A stretch of DNA of 64,000 nucleotides from Octopus bimaculoides (taxonomy: Eukaryota), in NCBI RefSeq assembly GCF_001194135.2, contig NC_068995.1:43512051-43576050 (forward strand). The letters are read 5' to 3'. Below are positions 1 through 12,482 of this stretch, piece by piece. Made by a program: the position numbers and the translations under genes. Positions within the stretch are counted from its first letter, which is position 1. Each line of letters begins with the position of its first letter. The notes below the pieces were generated by a model. That model did no database searches. It worked only from the letters and a program-made list of their open reading frames with translations, and was not told the origin of the DNA.

Positions 1-54
1 CTACCCCCTCGTTGCATTTTTTCAAAAAGCTGTATATCCTCTCACAGTCTCTGA

Positions 55-186
55 GCGTCCTCAGTGTTTTATGTTGTGAGTTCTAATGCTGCTACTGTCG
101 ACTTTGCTTCTTATCCTTTCGGGGTTGATTTAATCGATTATCCGACTCCAACTAAGAATGCTGGCCTTGCGCCGGAATTTGAACTC

Positions 187-246
<60 letters not shown>
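55..246 (+). mobile_element. Partial tRNA-derived SINE (family A) with (AGT)n tail
   Basis: GTCGACTTTGC..ATCCTTTCGGGGTTGAT and GCTGGCCTTG segments match the family A copies at 12253-12482 and 58648-58841; (AGT)n tail at 187-246. Confidence 0.65.
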
Positions 247-247
<1 letters not shown>

Positions 248-359
248 AGGAATGTATGTGCATAAACACTCTCATTCATCCCCTCTATTTACTCACTTTC
301 TCTCTCGGGTAATTTGCGTGTTGCTCCTCAACTAAATCAGAACACGGCCATCAGTCTTT

Positions 360-1000
360 AGAGTGTGTGTTTCGAGTGTCCGTTTCGAGTGGCTGTTTTC
401 GTTTGGATCATATTCTGAATGGGGTTCTTTTTTGCCATTTCCATGCACATATGTCTTTATACTTCACTGCATTTATTGTTATGCTTGTTTCCTTTCTCAG
501 CATCCTAGGTTCCTTTGGATAAGCGTTGTACTCTCTCCCGTTGCAATCCATTCACAAAGCTTCCTTTACTCCATTATACGTGAAGCATAGTTTCCTAATA
601 TTTCCATGATTGTAGACCTTTTGTTACGGTATATATTAGCTATCTTAAGGTATAATTCTATTCCATTTGTTGCTGTTGAGTAATTGGATTCTACTTACCT
701 GACGGTTCTCATTAATAACTGCCTTTTTCTATTAAACCACCTGCTCGGTATGCAATAAGGAATTTCCTTTTCTTGGCATCCAAGTTCAGTGCTTAATTCA
801 ATTTTTTAAATTATTAGGATCAAATTTCATAGAGATTATATTTATCTATTCATTTATTTCTTGTTCTTTTTCCCATTAACTTTTGATTCTGATCATAAAT
901 TCCATTAAACATAGTTATTTTATAGAAATCCTTTATTGTATATCATGAGATATAGTTTAGTTCTAAAATATGCACCTACCCCAATCTTCCCTCATAGAGA
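360..1000 (-). pseudogene. Highly decayed R4/Dong-like LINE ORF remnant (post-RT region)
   Basis: Minus-strand translation with many stops and frameshifts gives LDAKKRKFL (~757-784) and ATRNGHSKH (~367-397), in the order expected for the R4-clade motifs LDxKTRKLL and TRNYxKH. Manual motif recognition only. Confidence 0.4.
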
Positions 1001-1341
1001 AGTTTTGAAGTCCGCAATCAAGTTCAAATTACCTCCATCGAATACGTAGTTTAATACGAAATATTGCATTCTATAACAGTTATATTTGGCTTTTGCTGTG
1101 TTTTTCTCAATGGTGTAGATATTATATGCAGGAAAGTAAGTGGAAGGATATTAATGCTTAGCTACAATGTTTTAATGCTTGTTTCAAGGTTTCATATAAT
1201 CATGATAAATGGGGTGTTCATTTTCAAAATGAATCTTATCTCACCTATTTACCTAATTCGATGTCTAAAGTTTGAAACACACACAGTAACACCATAGACA
1301 CTTGCAACTTCTGAAGAGTTAATCCATGATGTTCCAATAAC

Positions 1342-1735
1342 TATATAGAAATTGCTAATAGAAATTGAAAAAAATGTGGCATCTCAAGGCGACTACCGTA
1401 CCAGTGATTGTAGGATCCCTAGGAATGATAAAAAAAAGGTACTGAAACATATTTTAAAATAATACCAGGCTTACTATCCCTACAGGAAGTGCAAAAAATC
1501 GTGCTAACTGGAACGACTCATGTACTGAAAAGAGCATTATCGCTGTGAAAACAACATCCATTCATGAATTTATTTATTTATTTACTTTTTAAATACATAT
1601 TTTACCTGTGAATTTACGTGTGTAAACTGGGAATGAATACAATGCGCTTCTCGGCGAGAAATGGAAGAAAATTTGAAGAAAGAAGAAAAAAAAACAACAA
1701 TGATAATGATAATGATGATGATGATGATAATAATA
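1342..1735 (+). mobile_element. 3' end of R4/Dong-clade non-LTR retrotransposon (RLE C-terminus, 3' UTR, (AAT/GAT)n tail), subfamily 1
   Basis: Translates LLIEIEK/MWHLKATTVPVIVGSLGMIKK/GTETYFKIIPGLLSLQEVQKIVLTGTTHVLKRALSL* (stop 1546-1548; two frameshifts in A-runs), the typical end of R4-clade RLE proteins; followed by a trinucleotide tail. Confidence 0.8.
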
Positions 1736-2150
1736 NNNNNNNNNNNNNNNNNNNNNNNNNNNNNNNNNNNNNNNNNNNNNNNNNNNNNNNNNNNNNNNNN
1801 NNNNNNNNNNNNNNNNNNNNNNNNNNNNNNNNNNNNNNNNNNNNNNNNNNNNNNNNNNNNNNNNNNNNNNNNNNNNNNNNNNNNNNNNNNNNNNNNNNNN
1901 NNNNNNNNNNNNNNNNNNNNNNNNNNNNNNNNNNNNNNNNNNNNNNNNNNNNNNNNNNNNNNNNNNNNNNNNNNNNNNNNNNNNNNNNNNNNNNNNNNNN
2001 NNNNNNNNNNNNNNNNNNNNNNNNNNNNNNNNNNNNNNNNNNNNNNNNNNNNNNNNNNNNNNNNNNNNNNNNNNNNNNNNNNNNNNNNNNNNNNNNNNNN
2101 NNNNNNNNNNNNNNNNNNNNNNNNNGAACAATAATAATAATAATAATAAT

Positions 2151-2368
2151 AAAATATTCAGACAAATACATAACAAAAATACCAGGACTTACAAATATAT
2201 ATAACATACAGAAAATTGCACTACTGGGTACTGCACACATTCTACGCAAAACACTTTCAATACAGTAACCATAAGAGCACCACAGCAAACCACAGCACAT
2301 ACCCAAGGCGCACAGAGCTGCGCTCGGTAGTGAAGTGAAAGCACGTTATAAAAATAAAACTACTGAAC

Positions 2369-2450
<82 letters not shown>
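2151..2450 (+). mobile_element. 5'-truncated R4/Dong-clade LINE 3' end, subfamily 2, embedded in (AAT)n
   Basis: KYSDKYITKIPGLTNIYNIQKIALLGTAHILRKTLSIQ* (stop 2266-2268) is homologous to the 1342-1548 peptide; (AAT)n upstream (2131-2150) and downstream (2369-2450). Confidence 0.85.
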
Positions 2451-2519
2451 GCAACAACAATTACAAATGGAAAAGAAAATAGAATATTTTCATTTATTTT
2501 GTTTTCTTCGGAAAATGTT

Positions 2520-2525
2520 GTATTT

Positions 2526-2565
<40 letters not shown>

Positions 2566-3532
2566 GCAGCAACATCAGAAGCAACATGTTCATTATCATC
2601 CTCGTTGTCAACCACATTAGCCCCATAATCGCGATGGTAATCATAACATCGGTAGCATCGTCATTATAATGCTTCATTATCATCAGAACGAACACACCCC
2701 CCCCGCTTCTGTCATCATTATCGCCATTATGGCCATTATCATCTTCAACATTGCTACCACCGTCGTCAACACAAGCATCAGCATCCTCACACATATACCA
2801 TTACCGTCATTATCTTAATCATCGCCATCGTCATCATCATCATCACCATTATCATCATCATCGCCATCATCATCATCTTCACCATTATCATCATCATCAT
2901 CATCATCAATATCCTTATCATCACTATCAACATCATTATCATCATCATCATCATCATCATTATCATCATCATCATCATTATCATTCTCATCATTATCATC
3001 ACCATCGCCATCATCATCACCATCACCATCATCATCAACATCATCATCACCATCATCACCATCATCATCATCATCATCATCACCATCAACATCATCATCA
3101 TTATCATCACTATCAACATCATTATCATCATCATCATCATCATCATTATCATCATCATCATCATTATCATTCTCATCATTATCATCACCATCACCATCAT
3201 CATCNNNNNNNNNNNNNNNNNNNNNNNNNNNNNNNNNNNNNNNNNNNNNNNNNNNNNNNNNNNNNNNNNNNNNNNNNNNNNNNNNNNNNNNNNNNNNNNN
3301 NNNNNNNNNNNNNNNNNNNNNNNNNNNNNNNNNNNNNNNNNNNNNNNNNNNNNNNNNNNNNNNNNNNNNNCATCATCACCATCATCATCATCATTATCAT
3401 CATCATCATCATCATCATCATTATCATCACTATCATCATCATCATCATCATCACTATCATCATCATTATCATCACTATCATTATCATTATCATCACCATC
3501 ACCATCATCATCACCATCACCATCATCATCAC

Positions 3533-3592
<60 letters not shown>

Positions 3593-3625
3593 TTTCATCA
3601 TCATCATCATCATCATCATTGCCAT
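2520..3625. repeat. Degenerate (ATC/ACC)n microsatellite field with gap
   Basis: Direct sequence; gives rise to the poly-H, poly-I and poly-M ORFs. Confidence 0.95.
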
Positions 3626-4179
3626 TGATATTTGATCATCTTGATTGTTCGTCTTCCGCTATCAAGTCGATTTGGCAGAATCTATCATATCTAAACAATA
3701 AACACATCGAGAAAAAAAAATATAAATAAGTAAACAAAATGAATATGTAAATAAATACAGAAATAAATATGAATACGATATAATATTTTCTTCGTTATCA
3801 TGCGATTAATATAGATGCTGGACTTAAATCTAAGAATCAGTATATTGAAACGCAGCCAGAAACATCATTGTTTCCACTGTATTTAAGGTACGGAATGTAC
3901 CTCAGGTCACAACATGGATATTTCATTAGGACCATTGCCAAATTATCTGTTCGAAAGGACTATCAGTCGCCATATCCACGCAAGGCTGTTTATAAACGAT
4001 TCGAGTGATTAACTGGGGGTTATCAAATAGTGTATAAACTTTTCTAATGGTTTAACTACTAATTATTATACAGTGTTTTCACTATAGGAGTTTCTAAACT
4101 ATTGGTCGGAATACCGAAGTTGGTAACATAAACTTCCTTTCGTTTTTGTCTCTTTGTGTCTGTCTCTCTCGATTGCTCA

Positions 4180-4250
<71 letters not shown>

Positions 4251-4650
4251 AAACTCACACACACACATCTATATATACATAAGGTGCCCCACGGTATCAT
4301 AAACTTTGGACTGAAAAGCACAATAGAGTATATAAATATATATATGTATGTGTATTATATGTATGTACGTGTTGTGTATATGCTATATGTATAGATGTGT
4401 TGTGTGTATTATATGTACGTATGTATTGTGTGTATGAGTGAGTATATATGTGTGCGTGTGTGTGTGTATGAGAGAGAGAGAGTGTGTGTGAAAAATAAGT
4501 TCAAAAGAGAACAATTCAAACTTTTTTGAGAGGTCTAAAAAGAGATAAAGAATGATTTCTAATAGAGATTCATCATATTCATAAAAAAACAGCCGGAGCA
4601 AGTAATAACTATACGAAAATAGTAGTTGAAAAATATCGTTATAGGTATAA

Positions 4651-4820
4651 ATATACCATAAACAATTAGAGAAAAATGGAGGAGAAAAAGATGTTGAAAC
4701 AAAATTAGATTTAACACAAAATAAGATCACGCGTATGCATTGAATCCTATATTGTATTAAATCTAATTTTGATTCAACATCTTTTTCTCCTCCATTTTTC
4801 TATAATTGCTTATGGTGTAT
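4651..4820. repeat. Inverted repeat (hairpin) with 77-bp arms and 16-nt loop
   Basis: 4651-4727 versus reverse complement of 4744-4820: 7 mismatches, no indels, aligned by hand. Confidence 0.95.
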
Positions 4821-4856
<36 letters not shown>

Positions 4857-5287
4857 NNNNNNNNNNNNNNNNNNNNNNNNNNNNNNNNNNNNNNNNNNNN
4901 NNNNNNNNNNNNNNNNNNNNNNNNNNNNNNNNNNNNNNNNNNNNNNNNNNNNNNNNNNNNNNNNNNNNNNNNNNNNNNNNNNNNNNNNNNNNNNNNNNNN
5001 NNNNNNNNNNNNNNNNNNNNNNNNNNNNNNNNNNNNNNNNNNNNNNNNNNNNNNNNNNNNNNNNNNNNNNNNNNNNNNNNNNNNNNNNNNNNNNNNNNNN
5101 NNNNNNNNNNNNNNNNNNNNNNNNNNNNNNNNNNNNNNNNNNNNNNNNNNNNNNNNNNNNNNNNNNNNNNNNNNNNNNNNNNNNNNNNNNNNNNNNNNNN
5201 NNNNNNNNNNNNNNNNNNNNNNNNNNNNNNNNNNNNNNNNNNNNNNNNNNNNNNNNNNNNNNNNNNNNNNNNNNNNNNNNNNNNNNN

Positions 5288-5289
<2 letters not shown>

Positions 5290-5339
<50 letters not shown>

Positions 5340-5575
5340 TGTGTTTGTGTGCGTATGTGCGTGTGCGTGTTTGTGAGTGTGTTGTCGGCCACTACCGCTT
5401 GACAACTAGTGGTAGTTTGTTTACGTGCTCGTAAACCAGCGGTTCCGGAAAAAAAAGACTGACAGAATAAGTACCAGGCTTTAAAAAGTTAAGAACTGAA
5501 GAGAATCATTCGACTACAAGTCCCTAAAAGTCGTGCTCAAGCATGGCCGTAGTATGCTGACTGAAATGGATATAA
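5290..5575 (+). mobile_element. SINE family B, 3' half
   Basis: (TG)n followed by ACCGCTTGACAAC..GCGGTTC..GAATAAGTACCAGGC..CATGGCC..TGACTGAAA, as in the full copy at 51991-52428. Confidence 0.7.
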
Positions 5576-6592
5576 ATGATTTTCAAAGTGTCGGGTGGGA
5601 GGGCTACGTGCGTCTGTATATACATACACATACCAACACACAGGCACATACACATGTATACGCATGTAAAGATACGTTATTACAAATATACATGCATAAA
5701 GTCCGTTAATTCCATATAGGTGGTTAGTCCAATACTATATATAGTGTTTAAACAACTATTAAGAGAACGTATACAAGAAAGAAGTATTTGGAAACAAACA
5801 AACAGCAAAGGAAAATTATCCAGTGAGTATGACTGGTATCCTTGTTATTACTTATCGACCACTATTAAACATCAAATGTATGTTTAAATGATGAAAAACA
5901 CTTGTCTGTAACGACAACTATTGCGTGATTGTGACAAAAGCGGATAGGCCATCTTAAATTATTTCTCATTTCTGGAATTTATTTCGAGTTTTCTTTCTGG
6001 ATTTTATGATTATATTTTGTTGCAGCTTCAACTGCATGATGTTCATATTTACTGCAACCAGTTCTGCATTGTCTTGTAATTTATGCAAAGAATTCTGTAC
6101 CGAGATATTTGCTTTTATAAATTGGATATTCGATGCAATGTACCTCTGGCTACAGCATGGTTATTTCATTAGGACCATTGCCAAATGTTCTGTTACAAAG
6201 GACTATCAGTCGCCATCTCCTCGCAAGGCTGTTTATAAACGAACGATTCGAGTGATTAACTGGAGGTTATCAAACAGTGTATAAACTTTCCTAACGTTTA
6301 ACTACTAACTATTATACAGTGTTTTCACTATAGGAGTTTCTAAACTATTGGCTGGAATACCGAAGTTGGTTAAGTAAAATTCATTTAGTTTCTGTGCCTC
6401 TTTGTCTATGTCTTTGTATCTCTCTCAGTTGCTCACTTACACACACACGCAAAACACACACATTGATTTATACATATGATTTATATTTAATTAAGGTGAT
6501 TAGACGCAATTTAAAACCAAAATCGAAATAATTCCCTTAACTAAAAGTGACCAAGTGTACAGGAAGCCTTTGGTCAATTTCACTGAGTGAAT

Positions 6593-6641
<49 letters not shown>

Positions 6642-7669
6642 NNNNNNNNNNNNNNNNNNNNNNNNNNNNNNNNNNNNNNNNNNNNNNNNNNNNNNNNNNN
6701 NNNNNNNNNNNNNNNNNNNNNNNNNNNNNNNNNNNNNNNNNNNNNNNNNNNNNNNNNNNNNNNNNNNNNNNNNNNNNNNNNNNNNNNNNNNNNNNNNNNN
6801 NNNNNNNNNNNNNNNNNNNNNNNNNNNNNNNNNNNNNNNNNNNNNNNNNNNNNNNNNNNNNNNNNNNNNNNNNNNNNNNNNNNNNNNNNNNNNNNNNNNN
6901 NNNNNNNNNNNNNNNNNNNNNNNNNNNNNNNNNNNNNNNNNNNNNNNNNNNNNNNNNNNNNNNNNNNNNNNNNNNNNNNNNNNNNNNNNNNNNNNNNNNN
7001 NNNNNNNNNNNNNNNNNNNNNNNNNNNNNNNNNNNNNNNNNNNNNNNNNNNNNNNNNNNNNNNNNNNNNNNNNNNNNNNNNNNNNNNNNNNNNNNNNNNN
7101 NNNNNNNNNNNNNNNNNNNNNNNNNNNNNNNNNNNNNNNNNNNNNNNNNNNNNNNNNNNNNNNNNNNNNNNNNNNNNNNNNNNNNNNNNNNNNNNNNNNN
7201 NNNNNNNNNNNNNNNNNNNNNNNNNNNNNNNNNNNNNNNNNNNNNNNNNNNNNNNNNNNNNNNNNNNNNNNNNNNNNNNNNNNNNNNNNNNNNNNNNNNN
7301 NNNNNNNNNNNNNNNNNNNNNNNNNNNNNNNNNNNNNNNNNNNNNNNNNNNNNNNNNNNNNNNNNNNNNNNNNNNNNNNNNNNNNNNNNNNNNNNNNNNN
7401 NNNNNNNNNNNNNNNNNNNNNNNNNNNNNNNNNNNNNNNNNNNNNNNNNNNNNNNNNNNNNNNNNNNNNNNNNNNNNNNNNNNNNNNNNNNNNNNNNNNN
7501 NNNNNNNNNNNNNNNNNNNNNNNNNNNNNNNNNNNNNNNNNNNNNNNNNNNNNNNNNNNNNNNNNNNNNNNNNNNNNNNNNNNNNNNNNNNNNNNNNNNN
7601 NNNNNNNNNNNNNNNNNTATATAATATATATATATTCCTTCCTACCTTTATCGTTCTCACTTCAGGCCC

Positions 7670-7915
7670 ATCGCGTGGCCCCTTGTGCAAGTATTTTCTA
7701 CTGCACCCTAGTGCCGACCTAATCTTTGTCAGTGGATTTAGCAGACGGAAATAGAAAGAAGCCCGTCGAATATATCTATATCTATTTGTGTGTATACGTG
7801 TGTGTGTGTGAGTGTGTGTATGTGTTTGTGTGTTCACTGCCACCACTTGATAACCGGAGTCGGTTTGTTTCCGTTCCCGTAACTTAACATGGCCGTAGTC
7901 TAATCACTGAAATGG
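7670..7915 (+). mobile_element. SINE family B, internally deleted copy
   Basis: TGCAAGTATTTTCTACT..GTGGATT..AGACGGAAA..GAAAGAAGCCCGTCG, then TG-rich core and CATGGCCGTAGTC. Confidence 0.7.
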
Positions 7916-8830
7916 ATGTAGAACATAAGAAATACTCAAAGTGTGTGTATGGAGGAACGGGTGCAGTGCGTCTGTATATGCATGCGCATACTATCTCTCA
8001 GACACATATGAATGTGTCTCTAAAGACAGTTAAGTACAAATATACATATATACAATCAGTTAATTCCATACAAGTGTATGGAATTAACGGATACTAAATA
8101 TCTTGTTTAAAAAACTATTAATAGAACGTAGGCAAGAAACAAATATTTGCAAATAAGCAAACAACAAAAGAAAATATCCCGGTGAGTATGACAGCTATAT
8201 ATTTTGGATTACGTATCGACCACTTTTAAACATCAAATAATGAAAAACACTTGTCTGTAACGACAGCGATTGACTCTGACTAAAGCCGACAGATTTTCTT
8301 AAATTTTTGCACCATACTGGATTTGATTTCGTGTTTTCTGTCTATATTTTATGGTTGTATATTGTTACAACTTCGCGGCACGATATTCATAATTGCTGCA
8401 GCCACTTCTGCATTGTCTTTGTAATTTATGTAAAGCATTCTGTACCGACATTTTTTGCTATTTAGAAATTTTAATATTTACTTCTTTTGCATAATAAAAA
8501 CAAGAGAAAAGAACGTTAACAAGATAGACAAACGATATAGATGTAGCAATATATTACTAAGTGTCAGTCGAGTACATCTAAAAAAAATACGTTTCATAAA
8601 TATTTGATTACCACCACGCTGAAAGATTCAGGTACACAACAGCTATAATTGAATCCTGGTCAGAGAAACCTCGAACAAATGGAAGTAAATTGGAAAAAAA
8701 TTCACTACATAAAACTGAAAAGGAAACGGAATATTGAAACGTCTAACAAATTGGTCAGACAGCAGAGCTCAGTATTAATAATAATAATAATGATAATAAA
8801 GATGATGATGATGATGATGATGATGATGAT

Positions 8831-9282
8831 AATCCTTTCTACAATAAGCACAATTTGGAGGAGGGGGATATTCGATTACATCGAGCCCAATACTCAACTG
8901 ATACTTGATTTATCGACCCCAAAAGGATAAAAAGGAAAATCGACCTCGACGGAATTTGAAACGTCTAACAAATTTGTCAAACAGCTGAGCTCAGTATTAA
9001 TAATAATAATAATTATTATTATTATTATTATTATTATTATCATCATTATTATCCTTTCAACTGGAAACACAAGGCCTCAAATTTGGGGAAGCGATTAAGT
9101 CGATTACTTCGACGCCAATACTTATTTAATCTACCCCGAAAGGATGAAAGGCAACGTCGACCTCGACGGAATTAAAAGTCGGAACGTAGCGATGGGCGAA
9201 ATAACGCAAAGCATTTCGTCCGGCGTCCTAACGACTCTGCCAGCTCGTCGCTTTCAATAATAATAATAATAATAATAATAAT

Positions 9283-9317
<35 letters not shown>

Positions 9318-10382
9318 TGATTATGATGATGATGATGATGATGATGATGATAATAATAATAATAATTAGAAATTTTTGTCACAAGGACAACTTGGGTTAG
9401 GGGACTACGTCGATTACATCGACCCCAGTGCGTAACTGGTGCTTATTTTATCGACCCCTAAAGGATGAAAGGTAAAGTCGGCCTCAGCGGAATTTGAATT
9501 CAAAACGTAAAGATAGAGGAATTGCCGCTAAGCATTTTGCCCGGCGTGCTAACGATTCTTTTCTACTCTAGGCACAAGGCCCAAAATTTTGGGGGAGCGG
9601 GCTAGTCAATTAGATCGACCCCCATTACGCAATTGTTACTTAATTTATCGACCCCGGAAGGATGAAAAGCAAAGTCGATCTCGACACAACTTGAACTCAA
9701 AACGTAAAGACGGAGTAAATACCTCTAAGCATTTTGCCCACCATACTAACAATTCTGCCAGCTCGTTGGCTTAAATTGCTCCTACTAAAAATAATGATAA
9801 TTCTTTGTACTATAGGCACAAAGCGTGATCTTTTGGAGGAGAAGTGTGTTGATTACCTCGACTCCAGTATACAACTGGTAATTATCTCTTTGATCCTGAA
9901 AGAATGAAAAGCATAGTGGACTACTACTGCTAATCATAACAATTGTATCTCATTTAGAAGGGTAGTGAATTAATGCATTTCCCTCCTCACTTCTTTACTT
10001 GGCCATGTGTTGTAATTGAGTGACTACGAAATGGACAAAAGGAAAACTTGATATCGACGGAATTGAACTGGAAACGATGGGCGTCGAAAGAAATGTTGGC
10101 TGGTAAATGTTCCGGTGCTGTAATGATTCTGCCAGTCCGCCACTTTTAATAATAACCCTAATTTAGGAAGAAAGTCAGTATTTTGAGAGGATGGTGTAAA
10201 GAGATTATATTTACCTTAGGACTTGACTGGTACACCGGTGCTTCATTTTATCAGCCCAGATAACGACGAAAAGCAAAATTGACGTCAACAGAATTTGAGC
10301 TCAGACCGAAAAGATTCGGAGAGGATGTTGCAATGTTTTTTCTCTATCTGACACGTTAACAACTCTTTCAGCTCGATACGTT
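8831..10382 (-). mobile_element. Head-to-tail array of ~7 family A SINEs (about 8831-8960, 9052-9254, 9370-9559, 9560-9772, 9800-9921, 10020-10145, 10165-10382)
   Basis: Each carries variants of GTCGATTACATCGACCCCAGT / GGATGAAAGGCAAAGTCGACCTCG / GAATTTGAAC / TCTGCCAGCTC. All are on the same strand, and several are separated by (AAT/ATT/GAT)n. Confidence 0.85.
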
Positions 10383-11355
10383 AAGTAATATTCGCAATTG
10401 TAACGATAATAAATAATATTACGTATATCGAAATGTTCGGATAGGCAATGTTGGAAATGTTGAGATAAACATCATAGAAACGTTACGAGAGAATAAAGGA
10501 AAAAAAATATTGAATGGATATCTTCTCTCGATGATAACAGTATAATTATGAAAACGGGATACTGAAAATAACAGATAAACTTTTTTTATGAGTTGCGATG
10601 GATGAACTACCAATAAATAGGAAATCCTCCAAAAAACGTATAAAATACTTTCATCAGAAGCAAAATACGAACATCGGAAAACAATTGAAAGGGAATATCA
10701 GGCACACATACTCAAAACGTTATATATAACTTGAAATTGAAACAATGGTATAATAAAATCTTTCGGCAGCTTCGTACATGTTATTTAGTTCCAAATTCCT
10801 ACTGAACATATTGATTCATCCAACAATGTAAAATTACAATTTATAACATATTTGTCGTAAGTTTTCAGAAGTCTTCATGTATGTTTTTCCTTTAAATGAA
10901 GAACGAATAATCAGCTTAGACACTTGGAATATTTCGAAGAGATTAAAGTAACAACAGTAATGAATGGAAACTGCAAAAATCTATTTTTGTATCAAGCTTC
11001 CTTGGCAACCTCATTCACACGAAGATTAGAAGAGAATAAAACAATAATATATTAGTGAAGATACATAACTATGAGACGCGGATAATTAAGAAGACGAAGA
11101 AGCAATTCTTACAATCTCGCTAATATAGGAAGATTATATAAAATCAACCAAACAAACAAACGATTCAAAATAGTCAAGATGTCGATAGATAGTTCTTAAC
11201 TGCACTTCTGTAAAGTCAAAATAAACCTTGAAGAGAACAATGGAAATCACATAGTAATCGTCGTGATAACACAAACAGTGGATAGCATAATGCTAAACGC
11301 AACAAACAGGAGTGGTTTTTAAGCATATACGTATATGAGCATATATATGTATGTA

Positions 11356-11411
<56 letters not shown>

Positions 11412-11592
11412 NNNNNNNNNNNNNNNNNNNNNNNNNNNNNNNNNNNNNNNNNNNNNNNNNNNNNNNNNNNNNNNNNNNNNNNNNNNNNNNNNTATATGTA
11501 TATATGCATGTATGTATATATACATACATATATACATATATACGTATGTATACATATACATACATATATATATGCTTACATATATAAATATG

Positions 11593-11636
<44 letters not shown>

Positions 11637-12252
11637 CCTATATCTATACACATATATCTATACATGTATGTATATTTATATATTTACATACACATGCATA
11701 CAGGCATATTTATATATTTACATACACATGCATACAGGCATATTTATATATTTACATACACACGCACACACAGAGACAAAGAAGAACATCTGATATGAGT
11801 TTTAAAATATCTTATAATGGTAAACAGCAGATTGAAGAATTTGATGTAAAACTTGCAGCTGCTACGCATGCCCGGCTACACATGACTATTAACACAATAC
11901 CTTTATGTTGCAACAGAATACAAAATATACAAGAAATACCAGAATGCATTAAGACCAGACAAGATTATAATACAATACGGAGAAAAAATTATGATAATTT
12001 TCTGACGCTCACGCTGTCTTCTAGAAACAGGTGTGGTTATCTGGTTTATAAGTTTGCTTGCCAACTGTACCGTGATATAATTAGCAAATACCATCAATAC
12101 ACTCGGGATGAGCTTTTCCGTATAAGTGAATAGGGTGAACGGAAGGCACACCACACACACACAAACACACGCATACATATACATATATATATTGATATCT
12201 ATACGTAGGAAGGTTTGCGTAATGGATGCATTTCCTGTTGTATATTACTTAA

Positions 12253-12482
12253 TTCTTTATTGCCCACAAGGGAATAAACATAGAGGGGGAAAATAGGACA
12301 GACAAAGGGACTAAGTCGATTATATCGACCCCAGTGCGTAACTGGTACTTATTTAATCGAGCCTGAAAGGATGAAAGGCAAAGTCGACCTCGGTGGAATT
12401 TGAACTCAGAACGTAACGACAGACGGAATACCGGTAAGCATTTCGTCCGGCCTGTTAAGGAGTCTGTCAGCTCACCGCCATC
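12253..12482 (-). mobile_element. Full-length family A tRNA-derived SINE
   Basis: On the minus strand it starts GGCGGTGAGCTGACAG (A-box-like region) and contains GAGTTCAAATTCC (B-box); well conserved. Confidence 0.9.

Larger units (their letters stand above)
3893..8460. repeat. Diverged tandem duplication, period ~2.3 kb
   Basis: Block 3893-4200 aligns with 6137-6445, and block ~5340-6110 aligns with ~7790-8460, in the same order and strand. Confidence 0.85.

Noticed and set aside
5766-8181. Paired 57-nt exon-like segments (5766-5822 NVYKKEVFGNKQTAKENYP; 8125-8181 NVGKKQIFANKQTTKENIP), each AG..GTGAGT
   Set aside because: Only 4 of 13 differences are synonymous, close to neutral expectation, and the acceptors lack a polypyrimidine tract; the tandem duplication explains them.
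8831-10382. Repeat-spacer appearance suggestive of a CRISPR array
   Set aside because: The units are ~200 bp diverged SINEs in eukaryotic DNA, with no short identical repeats, unique spacers or cas genes.
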